A stretch of DNA of 63,872 nt, filler included, from Welwitschia mirabilis (taxonomy: Eukaryota): NCBI GenBank assembly GCA_051453625.1. It is 7 parts of one record of this genome, joined end to end, with 100 filler letters (N's around TTAATTAATTAA, not from the genome) between each part and the next. Parts side by side here need not be neighbours in the genome. Positions count along the whole stretch, not along the records: positions 11,596 to 30,317 come from JBOZIK010000001.1; 6 more parts are not named here. One strand, written 5' to 3'. The notes below the pieces were generated by a model that searched no databases, was not told the origin of the DNA, and saw only the letters and a program-made list of their open reading frames with translations. The translations under genes and the position numbers were made by a program. This document shows, piece after piece, positions 12,543 to 25,358 of the stretch. Within the stretch, counting starts at the first letter, position 1. Every line of letters starts with the position of its first letter.

Positions 12543-13931
12543 TGTAGGATCGAGAACCCTAGATGAGGGAATGAATAAGATTTTAAAAATTTATTGAATA
12601 ATTTTCAAAATAAACATACTTTGCTTGAAAATTATTCACTAAAAACTTATGCATGAAATATGAAAGTATTTTGAAAAATGATATCAGTAGAAAGTACAAA
12701 AATACCAACTAGAAGTACACAAGATTTATAGTGATTTGGAAACACCCCCTACTCCACTATCATTGATCAGCTTCTCACCAAGCCTTATTTGGATCTTTTT
12801 TAATCTCTTCTAGATATTGTAGGTTCATTTGTAACCTTTACAAAGGGACCTTTTCTAAAGGATCAGTCTTAACCTTTTATAAGAAAGTGTAGTAGTGATG
12901 ATAGTATGCCTAGATGAATAGGTACCAATTGATCTTTGGCTCAATGAAAGTATTGAAGCACTTCTCCTAAAGATTAATAATAAGAAAGTGCTAAAAATCT
13001 AACCTCGTATGCAAAGATATCATAGTTGGTGATTCGTATTTGGTTATAAATGTAATGCCAAATGAGTATAATGATAAATATGCCAGATTCAAAAGTTTAA
13101 TAAAAAATGTAATAGTGATTTAAATCTTGGATATATATATTAGAATACTTTTAGGATTTTTACAAGTGAAAAATCTCTTCCAATGGCCATAAAATGGCTA
13201 TATAATGACTATAATATTTGCATTTTCATCACGCTCAATCGATCCATCAAATATTCATTTAAGATCTCTTAGTACTATTACTTAAATAAGTCATGCTTGT
13301 GTTCTTTTTGGTCAATCTAGTTTTTTATGACTTCATGCTTGGTCGAATCCTCAGGGTTCAGTCAATTGCTCATCTAGTCATTTACATATTTCTCTAGTCA
13401 CATGCTTTGTCCTAATAAAATCCATTATAGTTTTTCTACTCCAAGTTTAGTTAACTCCTTAGGAATTCGGTTGATCCCTTACTAATTAGTTGTGAAGTAT
13501 TGATGCTCAATTCTCAAATCTAATCAACCCTTTAAGGGTCTAATCAATCCATTGATGATTGACTAGGAAGTACTAGGTATAGAGTGCTCATGTTTAGTTG
13601 ACCTCTTAGAAGTCTAGTTGACTCCTTGACAATTAGTTCAAGAGTACTGGTTATTAGATTTATAGGTCGGGTCAACCCCTCAAATGTCCAGTTAACCCCT
13701 CTAAATTCATTTTATTTTTTATTATTCACTTTAAGTTCATTCAACTCCTTAGAAGTCTGGTTAAACCCCTCAAGAGGGTAACAAAACTTGATAGGTTTTG
13801 GGATCAAAATATGATAAACATTACTTTATCTTTTAACTTATAAGTGATCAATATTTTTTGCAAATAATATAACAAATTTTACTACATAAAAAACATAAGT
13901 TTGATATCAATTAGTAAATCATGATTCAACA
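12543..13931 (-). repeat. Family B 5' LTR
   Basis: TG...CA termini, adjacent PBS, and the GCAAC TSD immediately outside. Confidence 0.9.
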
Positions 13932-14699
13932 GCAACCTTCTATTATATTGGTTAGGTATAATTCTTAAAACTTATCCATGTATGTCGATAATAAGTTTAC
14001 ATCCCTTTAACTATTCACAAGATATCTTTCATGTGATGAAAAACTAGGAAAAAAATGGAGGACAAACACTTATAACATCATTACTATTTATAAATCAAAA
14101 TAATCTAGAAATTAATTATAGTAAATATATAATATGAATATGATTTGTCTTTCTGATAATATAAAAATTCTAATAAAGGAGTAAGTAGAATTTGGTTCTA
14201 AGTTCCATTGTGTCTATCACGTAAACATATTAAAGAAAAATTGAAGTTAAAAAAATAGTGCTTAATTAGAATAAGAGAAAAAAGGGTGTCATGATATCTA
14301 TAAATACAAATGATTTATCTTAGAGTAAAGAAACTATATATTCAAATAAATTTTATTTCAACTCTAAAACATCATGGTTTATCCACAAGGTGTTAAATTC
14401 CTATAAGGCATAAGTTCCTAAACCACAAGCATAAAAATCAAATAGGGAATTAGAATAATAAAAGGAATTATTCGTAGATATTTTCTAGTCACTTCCCAAT
14501 TTCTTGGTGTATTCAAAGTTGCATTAATTTATCTTATCATCTGAACCTCTTTATTTTTAATACTTCATTTTTGCATAATGATTCCTTGAGTAATCTCATT
14601 TTTTTCTTTTAGAATTTATCTTTGATACTTGTTAATAATACTAAATGGATTTACTAGTGGAATGATGTCTATACTAGAATCCAATGCTTAGAAAAACAC

Positions 14700-17600
14700 T
14701 TTAAAAAGCTCTTAACTAGAAATATTTAGAATTACAAAAAGAAACTTGTTTCTTAAATCCAGACATTTTAATCCAAATTAATGCAGGAAATGGTATGGAC
14801 TCAAACTTTTCTCTTTTAATCTTAGTTAAAAATAGGTTTTGTGAAAAATAGATCTAAGAGCTCACATAAATATTATGGCCTATGAAACTTATGAAGAATT
14901 GGAAAAATCAAAATTAAGACCTTACAAAGAAAAAGTGTACTTAGTAGATGGGTTAGTAGTAACACTAGAAGTAGTCCTAAAGGATATACCCATTGAACTC
15001 TAAGGTTTTATCTCCTTGATAGATTCATTGGTGATGAAGGCTCAAGGAGATATCCATATAATAATTCTGAGGAGACCTTGGATAGCTATTGTAAATGATA
15101 CTATTTATTCTAGGAGAGGGGTCATGGAAATTAGTCTCATAGANNNNNNNNNNNNNNNNNNNNNNNNNNNNNNNNNNNNNNNNNNNNNNNNNNNNNNNNN
15201 NNNNNNNNNNNNNNNNNNNNNNNNNNNNNNNNNNNNNNNNNNNTTTGGTTCTAAGTTCCATTGTGTCTATCAGGTAAAAATATTAAAGAAAAAGGGAAGT
15301 TAAAAAAATAGTGCTTAATCAGAATAAGAGAAAAAAGGGTGTCATAATATCTATAAATGTAAATGATTTATCTTAGAGTAAAGATACTATACATTCAAAT
15401 AAATTTTATTTCAACTCTAAAACATCATGGTTTATCCACAAGGTGTAAATTCCTATAAGGCATGAGCTCCTAAACCACAAGCATAAAAATCAAATAGGAA
15501 ATTAGAATAATACAAGGAATTAGTCTTAGGTATTTTCTAGTCACTTCCCAATTTCTTGGTGTATTCAAAGTTACATTAATTTAGCTTATTATCTGAAGCT
15601 CTTTATTTTTAATACTTCCTTTTTGCATAATGATTTCTTGAGTAATCTCATTTTTTTCTTTTAGAATTTATCTTTGATACTTGTTAATAATACTAGATGG
15701 ATTTACTGGTGGAATGATGCCTCTACTAGAATCCAATGCTTAGAAAAACACTTTAAAAAGCTCTTAACTAGAAATATTTAGAATTACAAAAAGAAACTCA
15801 TCTCTTAAATCCAGACATTTTAATCCAAAGTTAATGCAGGAAATGGTATGGACTCAAACTTTTCTCTTTTACCCTTAGCTAAAAATAGGTTTTGTGAAAA
15901 ATAGATCTAAGAGCTCGCATAAATGTTATGGCCTATGAAACTTATGAAGAACTAGAAAAATCAAAACTAAGATCTAACAAAGAAAAAGTGTACTTAGTAG
16001 ATGGGTTAGTAGTAACACCAGAAGTAGTTCTAAAGGATATATCCATTAAACTCTAAGGTTTTATCTCCTTGATAGATTCATTGGTGATGAAGACTCAAGG
16101 AGATATTCATATAATAATTCTGAGGAGACCTTGGATAGCTACTGTAAATGCTACTATTTATTCTAGGAGAGGGGTAATGGAAATTAGTCTAATAGATCTT
16201 AAAAAAGAGATCAGACTTTTTAATGTAATGGTTATCAAAGAGATGTATAAAACATAGAAGTAAGAATCAATGTAATTCTAATACATGAAGTTACTCTAAT
16301 GTTAAATGAACAAAATAAGTAAAGATATGAAGAGGAAGATTTAATAGCTTAAGAGATAGAAAAGCCTCCACTTAAAGAAGGGCTAGAGTATATTGAAGTA
16401 GCTTCTAATAGACATCTAATAATAAACAGTTATTTAACTGATTATCAAAAAAGAAAAATTAAAAGGATGTTAATTAAAAGAAAAGAAGCCTTTATTTGGG
16501 ATTGTCTAGATATTAAGGAAATAGATCCAAAAATATACCAACATAGAGTTTATTTAGATACCTTTATTAAATTGAGTAGATAACTAAAAAGAAGATGTAA
16601 CCTACACATGTAGGTGATAATTAAATAATAGATTTCTAAACTCTTAGATGTAGAATTCATTTTTCCTACATCTAATTCAGAATGGATTAGTCATGTTACA
16701 GTTGTACCTAAGAAAGGAAATAAATGGAGAGTGTGCATAGATTTTTGAATATTAAATACTACAACTTATAAATATCATTTTTTTCTTCTGTTTATAGATC
16801 ACATTTTAGAAAGAGTATCTAGACATCAATTCTATAGCTTTCTAGATGAATACAATGGATATAACCAAGTCTTTATAGCTTTATAGAACTAAACCAAAAT
16901 AACTTTCACTTATCATTAGGGTACTTATGCCTATAAGGTACTATCAGTTGGACTATGTAATTCTCCCACTACTTTTCAAAGATTAGTAAATAGAATTTTT
17001 CAAGATATGATAAGAAGGTTGGTTAAAGTATTTATGGATGATTTCTCAACTTTTAGAAATGATTTTTAGGAGTCACTTAATAGATTGAAAAACATTTTAG
17101 AGAGATGTAAAGAAAAATACCTTCGACTTAGCTAGTGAAAAAGTCATCTTATAGCTATAAAAGGCATAGTATTAGGCCATAAGATATCTCAAAAATGATT
17201 GAAAATAATGAATAGAAAATTAAAGCCATAAAAAATATCCAACAGCCAAAACTAAAAGAATTGAGCTTTTTCCTAGAACATGTTGGATATTATAGAAGAT
17301 TCATATCCAACTTTATTAATATTTCTAAATCTTTGAGTAACCTTTTATAAAAGGATTTGGAATATGACTACATTGATGAATGTCAAAATGCTTACTAGAC
17401 CTTAAAGGATAAATTTTTATTAACACCTATTTTGTAAGGGTCAAATTAGAAAGATCATTTTAAATTATGATTAACACATTTAGTCACACTATAGGAGTAG
17501 TTTTAAAATAAAAGAATGAAGACAATAAATCTTATGCCATTACCTCGATTAGTAAGAACTTAAAACTAGCTCAACAAAATTACATAGTAGGTATTAGAAA

Positions 17601-19170
17601 AATTTACACATTATATTTTAGAATATGAAGTAAAAGTTCATATTGACCACAGTGTCATTAGATTTTTAATGAATAAGAAAGAAGTAAACTTGAGAATTAT
17701 GAGATGAATACTATTAATGCAAGAGTTTGATTCAGAAATTATTGAAAGGAAAGGAATAGATAATGTAATAGTAGATCAACTCTCAAGGTTATAATTCCTA
17801 GATGAAGAACAAATAAACATAAGGAATGAGTTTTTACATGAACATCTTTTTCAATTAATAAAAAATCCATGATATGCTGAAATAGCCAACTTTCTTATGA
17901 GTAAAAGTTTACCATCTTTTATAAGTTACTATTAAAGAAAAAGATTATTAAATTAATCTAGATAGTATATTTGACATGATAGGATGTTATTTAGAGAATG
18001 CAAAGATCATGTTATCGAAAGATGTATAGAGAAAAACCTATAAAGTGAAATATTAAAAGAAGCTCATGAAGAAGAAGAAGGAGGATGTTACAATGCAAAA
18101 AGAATAGGAATGAAAATCCTCCATATGGAACACTATTGGCCCATCATATTCAAAGATTCAAATGTTTATATCTAAGGTTGTGATAAATGTTAAAGAAAAG
18201 GTACATTTATCTAAAATTTAGAAATGCGACAATAATTGATTTAGATAATTAAACCTTTTAATGTTGAAGAATAAATTTCATTAGGCCTATTAATCCCTCA
18301 TCCTTTGGAAAAAGATATATTTTGGTCTATGTTGATTACTTCACTAAATGGGATAAGGCTAAGGCTATAACTAATTATTCTTTCCAAATCATAGTTAACA
18401 TTTTTCTTAGAAATATTATCTATTAGTTTGAAGCCCCTAAAATTCTTATATCTAATAGAGGAACTCATTTCAATAGTGAAGCCTTTAGAAAACTTTTGAT
18501 CAAATTTAGAATCCACTACAAACTCTCTACTGCCTATCATCCTCAATTTAATGGTTAAGATGAAGTAACTAATAAAGAATTGAATATATTATCAATAAAA
18601 TTCATAAATAGTAAGAAAAAAATTAGTCTAATAAATTAAATGAATCTCTATGAGCTTATAAAATAACTTGGAAACATACCATATGATTTACTCCATATGA
18701 ATTAGTCTATGGAAAAAGGTCTATTTTGCCAATTGAATTTAGAATAAAAACATCTAAATTGGCTAAAGAATTAAAATGGGACTTAGATACATCCCAAAAG
18801 AATGAATAAAAACATGAACATTTTAGATGAAAATAGAAAAGACACTCTTCTATGTAAAAAACTTATACAATAGAAAACTAAAATATATTATAATAACAGA
18901 ATCAAGAAAATAAATTTTAATATAGAATATTTTTAATTAATTTATGACCTAAAAAAATCCATTTAAAATAAAAATATGAACAAAATAGTTGGGACTCTAT
19001 ACCATAACAAAAATTCTATGAAGTGGAGCCATAGAAATATATGTTCCTAATGAAAAAGTAACCTACCAAGTTAAGAGACAAAGAATAGGAATGTACCATG
19101 ATCATAAATCAGTGCTAAATTATTTAGGAAATCTTGATAGGGTAGAAAGAATACTTTCACTCTACCTATA
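14700..19170 (+). pseudogene. pol: Ty3/gypsy (non-chromoviral, Athila/Tat-like) pol, element C: PR-RT-RH-IN, heavily decayed; protease region present twice across a gap
   Basis: PR-like DLRAHINIMAYETY...IILRRPWIAT; RT SEWISHVTVVPKKGNKWRVCIDF, YSFLDEYNGYNQV, GLCNSPTTFQR, VFMDDFS; RNase H near 17450-17790; integrase zinc-finger region, RGTHF and AYHPQFNG. Confidence 0.9.
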
Positions 19171-19704
19171 AAACAAATTATAATATTAGACAATAAGGGA
19201 CATGTTATTTCTTTAAAACTTATTTAGGATACTAATTTATTATGTTATTAAAAGTAAATGTAGTGATTATAAAGCAAGACACTAACTTGGTAAGTCATCA
19301 ATAGGGGATTGTGAATTATCTTTATTAAGAAGATTAAGAAGATGCATTCAATCATAGAATAAAATACCTTTGACGTATAGATAAAAAGAAAAAAAGAAAG
19401 AGAAGGTATCACAATATTCTATCACAAGTGTACTAGGGAAAATATTCCAAAGAGGGGCCTTTAGCAATGGAATATGATAGTTGTAAGAACTCCACTGAGG
19501 GGTCAAATGACCATGATCTAGATATTAATATATATATACTCCTCTGATAATAGTTCCACTCTCCTCATTATAGTTAACATAAGTTGTAAAAAAATAAAAA
19601 GTTGAGAAACAGTTTTGCCCTAGAAGTTATCTGGAACATAGCTAGTTATCAAAACTATAACTCTATTACAACTTAAAAAAAAAAAGAAGAAGAAAGCGCA
19701 AGAA

Positions 19705-19790
19705 AGATAGACAGAGAGAGAGAGAGAGATAAATATAGAGAGAGACACAGGGGTGGGGAGGGAAGTGGGAGAGAGAGTGATAGAGAACCA
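19705..19790 (+). repeat. (AG)n/purine-rich microsatellite
   Basis: GACAGAGAGAGAGAGAGAGATAAATATAGAGAGAGAC...GGGAGAGAGAG. Confidence 0.8.
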
Positions 19791-21973
19791 AATGAAAAAT
19801 ATTCTAGCCTATCATGAAATGTGTATCTAAATATTTTCAATTCAATAGCATGCATAATTATTAAATTCTATTTAAACTAAGGAAAAGATTTAAAGTTTTA
19901 AAATCATTTTGCATTATCTTAATAATTTAATAAATTATTTATTTTAAATATCTTTTGATGGAATTAATATGCCCATAATAAAATGAAAATAGTATAAGAC
20001 AACTTTATTTTAAACAAAAATAAAAAATCTTATTAAGCAAAATAGTTTATTACAACCAATTATAAGAGTAATAGTAAAAACATATCTCAAATCAATAAGC
20101 AAATAAATCACCAACTAAAGCAACTCAATTCTTAAAGTAACCAAAAAACTTATTCCTCCTATGAGAACACCTAGCCTTAGAAGACAATCCTATAGAATTA
20201 TCACCTATGGGCAGTAGATGCATCTCATTTAAAGATTCATACAGCATATTAATCTTATTTAGATGGCCTTACCAAAATTTTTAATAAGGTTTAGCATTCC
20301 ATATTATCTTCTCTATATTTTCCTTATCAAAAAGCAATGTAGTAAGATGAAGGATAGGGTTTTTACCTTGAAGCTGATCAACCCTTTCCTCTAGCACTTA
20401 CATTTACCTATCTAACTTGCCCAAAGAAATGTCGCAAGTTGAATTCCCATAGTAGAGTTATTAACAAAGTTCTTCAGTTCTCACCCTCAGATACTCATCC
20501 TTTAACTGATGCATCATGGGACTAAAACTTGAGAAAATGATACTGCTTTCAAAATAATTTTTACTAGCCTCAATTATGAAGAAATCTAAGGTATCTAAGA
20601 CCTCAATATTTAATTTGTAAGGGTAGTATGAGAATTTCTATATACATTTTTTAATCTAATATAGATTTAAGGTGATTGGAAGTCTACACTACTAATGCAC
20701 ATGTCTATCTATGTGGAATCCAAATTGAACAAGAAACATTTCACTTTCTTAATACTAGAGGCAACAATGGGAGAAGGAAGAGAAGCATAAGCCATAAGGA
20801 TTAATGGAGAAAAGATAAGAAGGATTAACATATGATCAAGTGAAGGAATTATAAAGCTCAGGTCAAGAATGATGAATGATTAGCATGTAAGAAATGAGAT
20901 TTATAGAATAAGTCTTATGATCATATTTGACAAGTATAAGTCATATTAAATTACCTAATGCACATTTGTTCAATATTGAAGTAAAGGATTATGTAAAAGT
21001 GACATACTTGTCTTGCCAACAGCTAAAGCTTATCAATTATTAGCATTAATCTTAGAGGAAATTTAGAATCGAGAAATCATAAACTAATCAAGTTTTAATC
21101 TAAAGTCAAAACTTTAGATTGATTTATGATTAGTTTAAATTTCTTTAGTTGCATGCCATTGCAAGGACCCATCAAACTTCGTCATCATAAACTACATTAT
21201 CAGGTAATTATCAAAAATCTTGTAAACACTTTTGATCAAAAGAGGACTTTTTAGAACATGCCTAATAACTCAAGAAAAAAAAAGGATTTTTCTTTTTATT
21301 TATTTTAGTTTAAGAAATAATAAGAAATAATAGTTATGAATGTTTTTATTCCAATAAATCATAAATAGGACTTGAAAACAAAGATCACTTAATTGATCAA
21401 CATTAATCTAAAGATAAAACTTTTAGTTAGATTTTAAATTAAATCACTATGATGAGAATTTGAATTTTTAGTTGATACCAACTCAAAGTTGAAACTTTAA
21501 ATTGGATCTCATGCTGACTTATTTATTTTTTTATGCTCTAGAAACCTGTAATCAAACAAGATCACATAATTGACTGGCACTAACTCAAAATTGAAACTTC
21601 AAGTCAACCCAATTATTTTTGCAGCTTGTAAATAAAAAGAAAGATCACCTGGATAACTAATACTAATTCAAAGTTATAACTTCAAATTGGATTTCAATCC
21701 AAACCATTATCATACAAGTTCAATACATTAACTAAAACTAGTATAAATCCAAAGCTTTGAACCATATTTCAAGTTAACTTTGATTTTTTAAACTTGCTTT
21801 TGAAAGAGAAAGGTCTCATTCTTAATGACCCCTCTCAACTTTCTACTATAACTCTATTATATGACTTTGTTTTTTCATTATTACTTTTATAATGATAGTG
21901 GTTAGAATTGAAAGGAACTTGTTAATAACTCTTGAGTTCTCAATGATTATCTTCTCTTTTATCCAGCTCCACA

Positions 21974-23523
21974 ATGGATTTGATAGCCCTTGTTAAGAAC
22001 TCTTAAGTTCTCAATGATCCTTCCTTATTCTCAACTATCCCTATTGTAATTTCAATTCCATGTCATCTTAATCATATCAACATTTATGACTTTAGCTCCA
22101 ACTCAAGAGATTTTCTAGATTTACACCTTACCAACATATAATTAAAATTTTTCTAGCACTAGTAAAATTTCATTACATTTATGCATAATGAAGAGCCTCT
22201 ACCTCTAACTAGGAAATATTCAAATAAAATCTATGCACACCAGTAAGAGATGAATAAAAAATTCATGAAAATCCATGCATAGGTTCAAGAATATAGATAT
22301 GAATGGCTTGAAGTCCAAAATTTTTTAGGATACTATTAGTTTCTTTTGGGATCAAATAAGAGAGTCATAGATCAGATAATGGAAGAAAAAAAGGCTTTTA
22401 AGAATTGAATAAAAGAGACAAGCTCTTCTAGTCAACATCCATAAGATTCCTCAATAAAACAAATATCATCACAAATAAAGGGAAAAATTAGAAAGGTAGT
22501 AAGTTTAATCCAGGACACTCCCTCAGCTTTTTTAACTCTGAGTAATGAGATGAAGGATAGAATAAAGTTAAGTATTATTGATGCTTTAAAAGAATCTCAT
22601 ACTGAGTTAAAGAAAGATATTAGAATAATAAGCCCTAATTTTACCCAACTTATTATTTAGAATTTGGAAAAATAAAATATGAGATTGATCTATAAGCTTC
22701 ATCTTATGATAGTAAAATTGGATAAATGAAGTGAATTTGGGCATGCAGATTTAGCTATGCTACATATTCTTAACTATTATTCCCAGAAGTTATACAACTT
22801 CATTGATAGATTCAAAGAACATTTAAAAAGTGTTATTCAAAAAACTCCTAGGGGATGGTCAAAGATAATCTACAATTTTTACAATTACAAAAGAGATATT
22901 AAAACATTAAGGATTAACATTATTTAAAAAAAAGCTAAAGCTCCTATAAGAGAATTTAATAATTTTTTAAACGATGCTACAACCAAATTTTATAGGATAT
23001 TAGAAGAGTGTGAATATGATGTAAAAATTTTTATCATGTTCTCTCAAGATTTTAATAATTATGTTCTTTTCAAGATCGGGTTGTACCAAACATGACTATG
23101 CTGAGAGGCACTTTCATAAATATTTTTTCAAAATTAAAGAATAAATATTCTTCTAAAATGTATATAGTTCCCCTTAGGTAAACTTCAAGATTGGGACTAC
23201 AAGTTGGAATAGCTCTAGAGCCAAAATGTGCACCCTAAAGTTTCTAAGCAAAAGTCCCTATAACTCCCGAAAGAAAGAGAAGAGAGCCAAAACAGTCAAA
23301 AGCTCCTTTATGAGGTAAAGGCAAGGGTAGAAAGGTAGCTACTCAAGAGTAGACAAAAACAGAGACCATAGATTTGAATGATCCTACTCTTTAGGAGAAA
23401 TAAAGAAAAATTTTAGCTACCTTGGAATAGGAAAAATAGTCTGTTAAACTGGCTAATAAAATGAAGGAATTAGAATCTAGTAAGGAGAAACCTTTTATTT
23501 TCAAAAGGAGAAAAGGAAAATGA
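21974..23523 (+). pseudogene. Decayed ~500-codon ORF of unrecognised family, probably an extra ORF of a gypsy element
   Basis: One frame reads as protein for over 350 codons (…EMNKKFMKIH…EMKDRIKLSIIDALKESHTELKKDIR…LYNFIDRFKEHLKSVIQKTPRGWSKII…), with stops mostly explicable as CAA/CAG/TGG transitions; it ends ...FIFKRRKGK*. Confidence 0.5.
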
Positions 23524-23982
23524 TGGTTTCTTTATTTCTTCATTTTTTATATATTTTTTATTAAGGGACTAACAAAACCTTGAGATTGAGGGAACTAATT
23601 ATGATAAATTTTGATGTAAATTTTTTTATTAATGAAGTGTTTTCATTATGTTAATTATGCATTTAAAATAATAATAGATGTTTTTATTTATTATTATAAT
23701 TACTAAGCAATAGATTAGTTAGTTAGTATAATAGTATGTTAGTATGTGTATATTTTATTTTTTCATTTCAAGTACAGGATGCCATATGGCATGAAGAGGA
23801 GAGAGAAGGTTAAGATGACAGAAAAGTAGTAACAACCCCAACCATATACCTATTCCTAAGGAGCAAAGAATGGAAATAAAAANNNNNNNNNNNNNNNNNN
23901 NNNNNNNNNNNNNNNNNNNNNNNNNNNNNNNNNNNNNNNNNNNNNNNNNNNNNNNNNNNNNNNNNNNNNNNNNNNNNNNNNN

Positions 23983-25358
23983 GCTTTTTTAAACTTGCTT
24001 TTGAGAGAGAAAGGTATCATTCTTAATGATCCCTCTCAACTTTCTACTATAACTCTATTATATGACTTTGCTTTTTCATTATTACTTTCATAATGATAGT
24101 GGTTAGAATTTAAAGAAACTTGCTAAGAACTCTTGAGTTCTCAATGATCAACTTCAAACTCTTTTATCCAACTCCATAATGGATTTGATAGCCCTCATTA
24201 AGAACTCTTAAGTTCTCAATGATTCTTCCTTATTCTCAACTACTCCTATTGTAATTTCAATTCCATGTCATCTCAACCATATCAACATTCATGACTTTAG
24301 CTCTAACTCAATAGATTTTCTAGATTTACACCTTACCAACATATAATTAAAATTTTCCTAGCACTAGTAAAATTTCATTACATTTATGCATAATGAAGAA
24401 CCTCCACTTCTAACTAGGAAATATTCAAATAAAATCTATGCACACTAGTAAGAGATGAATAAAAAATTCATGAAAATTCATGAAGAGGTTCAAGAATACA
24501 GATATGAATGGCTTGAAGCCCAAAATTTTTTAGGATACTATTAGTTTCTTTTGGGATTAAATAAGAGAGTCATAGATCAGATAATGGAAGAAAACAAGGC
24601 TTTTAAAAATTGAATGGAAGAGACAAGCTCTTCTGGTCAACATCCATAAGATTACTCAATAAAACAAATATCATCACAAATAAAGGGGAAAATTAGTAAG
24701 GTAGTAAGTTTGATCCAGGACACTTCCTCATCTTCTTTAACTCTGAGAAATGAGATGAAGGATAGAATAAAGTTAAGTATTATTGATGCTTTAAAAAAAA
24801 TCTCATACTGATTTAAAGAAGGGTATTAGAATAATAAGCCTTGAGTTTACCCAACTTATTATTTAGAATTTGGAAAAATAAAATATGAGATTAATCTATA
24901 AGCTTCATCTTATGATAGTAAAATTCGATAAATGAAGTGAATTTGGGCATGAAGATTTAGCTATGCTACATAGCCTTGACTACTATTCCCAGAAGTTATA
25001 CAACTTCATTGATAGATTCAAAGAACATTTAAAAAGTGTTATTCAAAAAACTCTTAGGGGATGGTCAAAGATGATCTGCAATTTTTACAATTACAAAAGA
25101 GATATTAAAACATTAAGGATTAACATTATTTAAAAAGAAGCTAAAGCTCCTATAAGAGAATTTAAGAATTTTTTAAATGAAGCCACAAGCAAATTTTATA
25201 GGATATTAGAAGAGTGTGAATATGATGTAAAATTTTTTATTATGTTCTCTCAAGATTTTAATAATTATGTTCTCTCAAGATTTTAATAATTATGTTCTTT
25301 TCAAGATCGGGTTGTACAACACATGACTATGCTTAGAGGCACTTTCATAAATATTTTT
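23983..25358 (+). repeat. Duplicate of 21785-23130
   Basis: Colinear and highly similar; carries an extra 26-bp tandem duplication near 25245-25300. Confidence 0.9.

Larger units (their letters stand above)
3545..13931 (-). mobile_element. Ty1/copia Sirevirus-like LTR retrotransposon, family B copy 1, both ends present, decayed
   Basis: 5' LTR 12543-13931 (TGTTGAATC...CCTACA); PBS TGGTATTAGAGC 12529-12540; gag-PR-IN-RT-RH order; env-like ORF; PPT at 4928-4940; 3' LTR 3545-4927; TSD GCAAC at 3540-3544 and 13932-13936. Confidence 0.92.
1808..14300 (+). repeat. Segmental duplication, copy 1 (homologous to 37850-46495)
   Basis: Colinear, highly similar blocks: 1808-2082/37850-38123, 2770-4510/38770-40510, 5488-7590/41310-43410, 11190-11495/43609-43915, 11596-11965/44518-44884, 12345-14295/45265-46495. 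Confidence 0.9.

Noticed and set aside
19490..19520. Hammerhead ribozyme/retrozyme core (CTGAGGGGTCAAATGACC)
   Set aside because: There is a small hairpin but no CUGANGA/GAAA core, and the homologous block at about 27650 does not keep CTGA.
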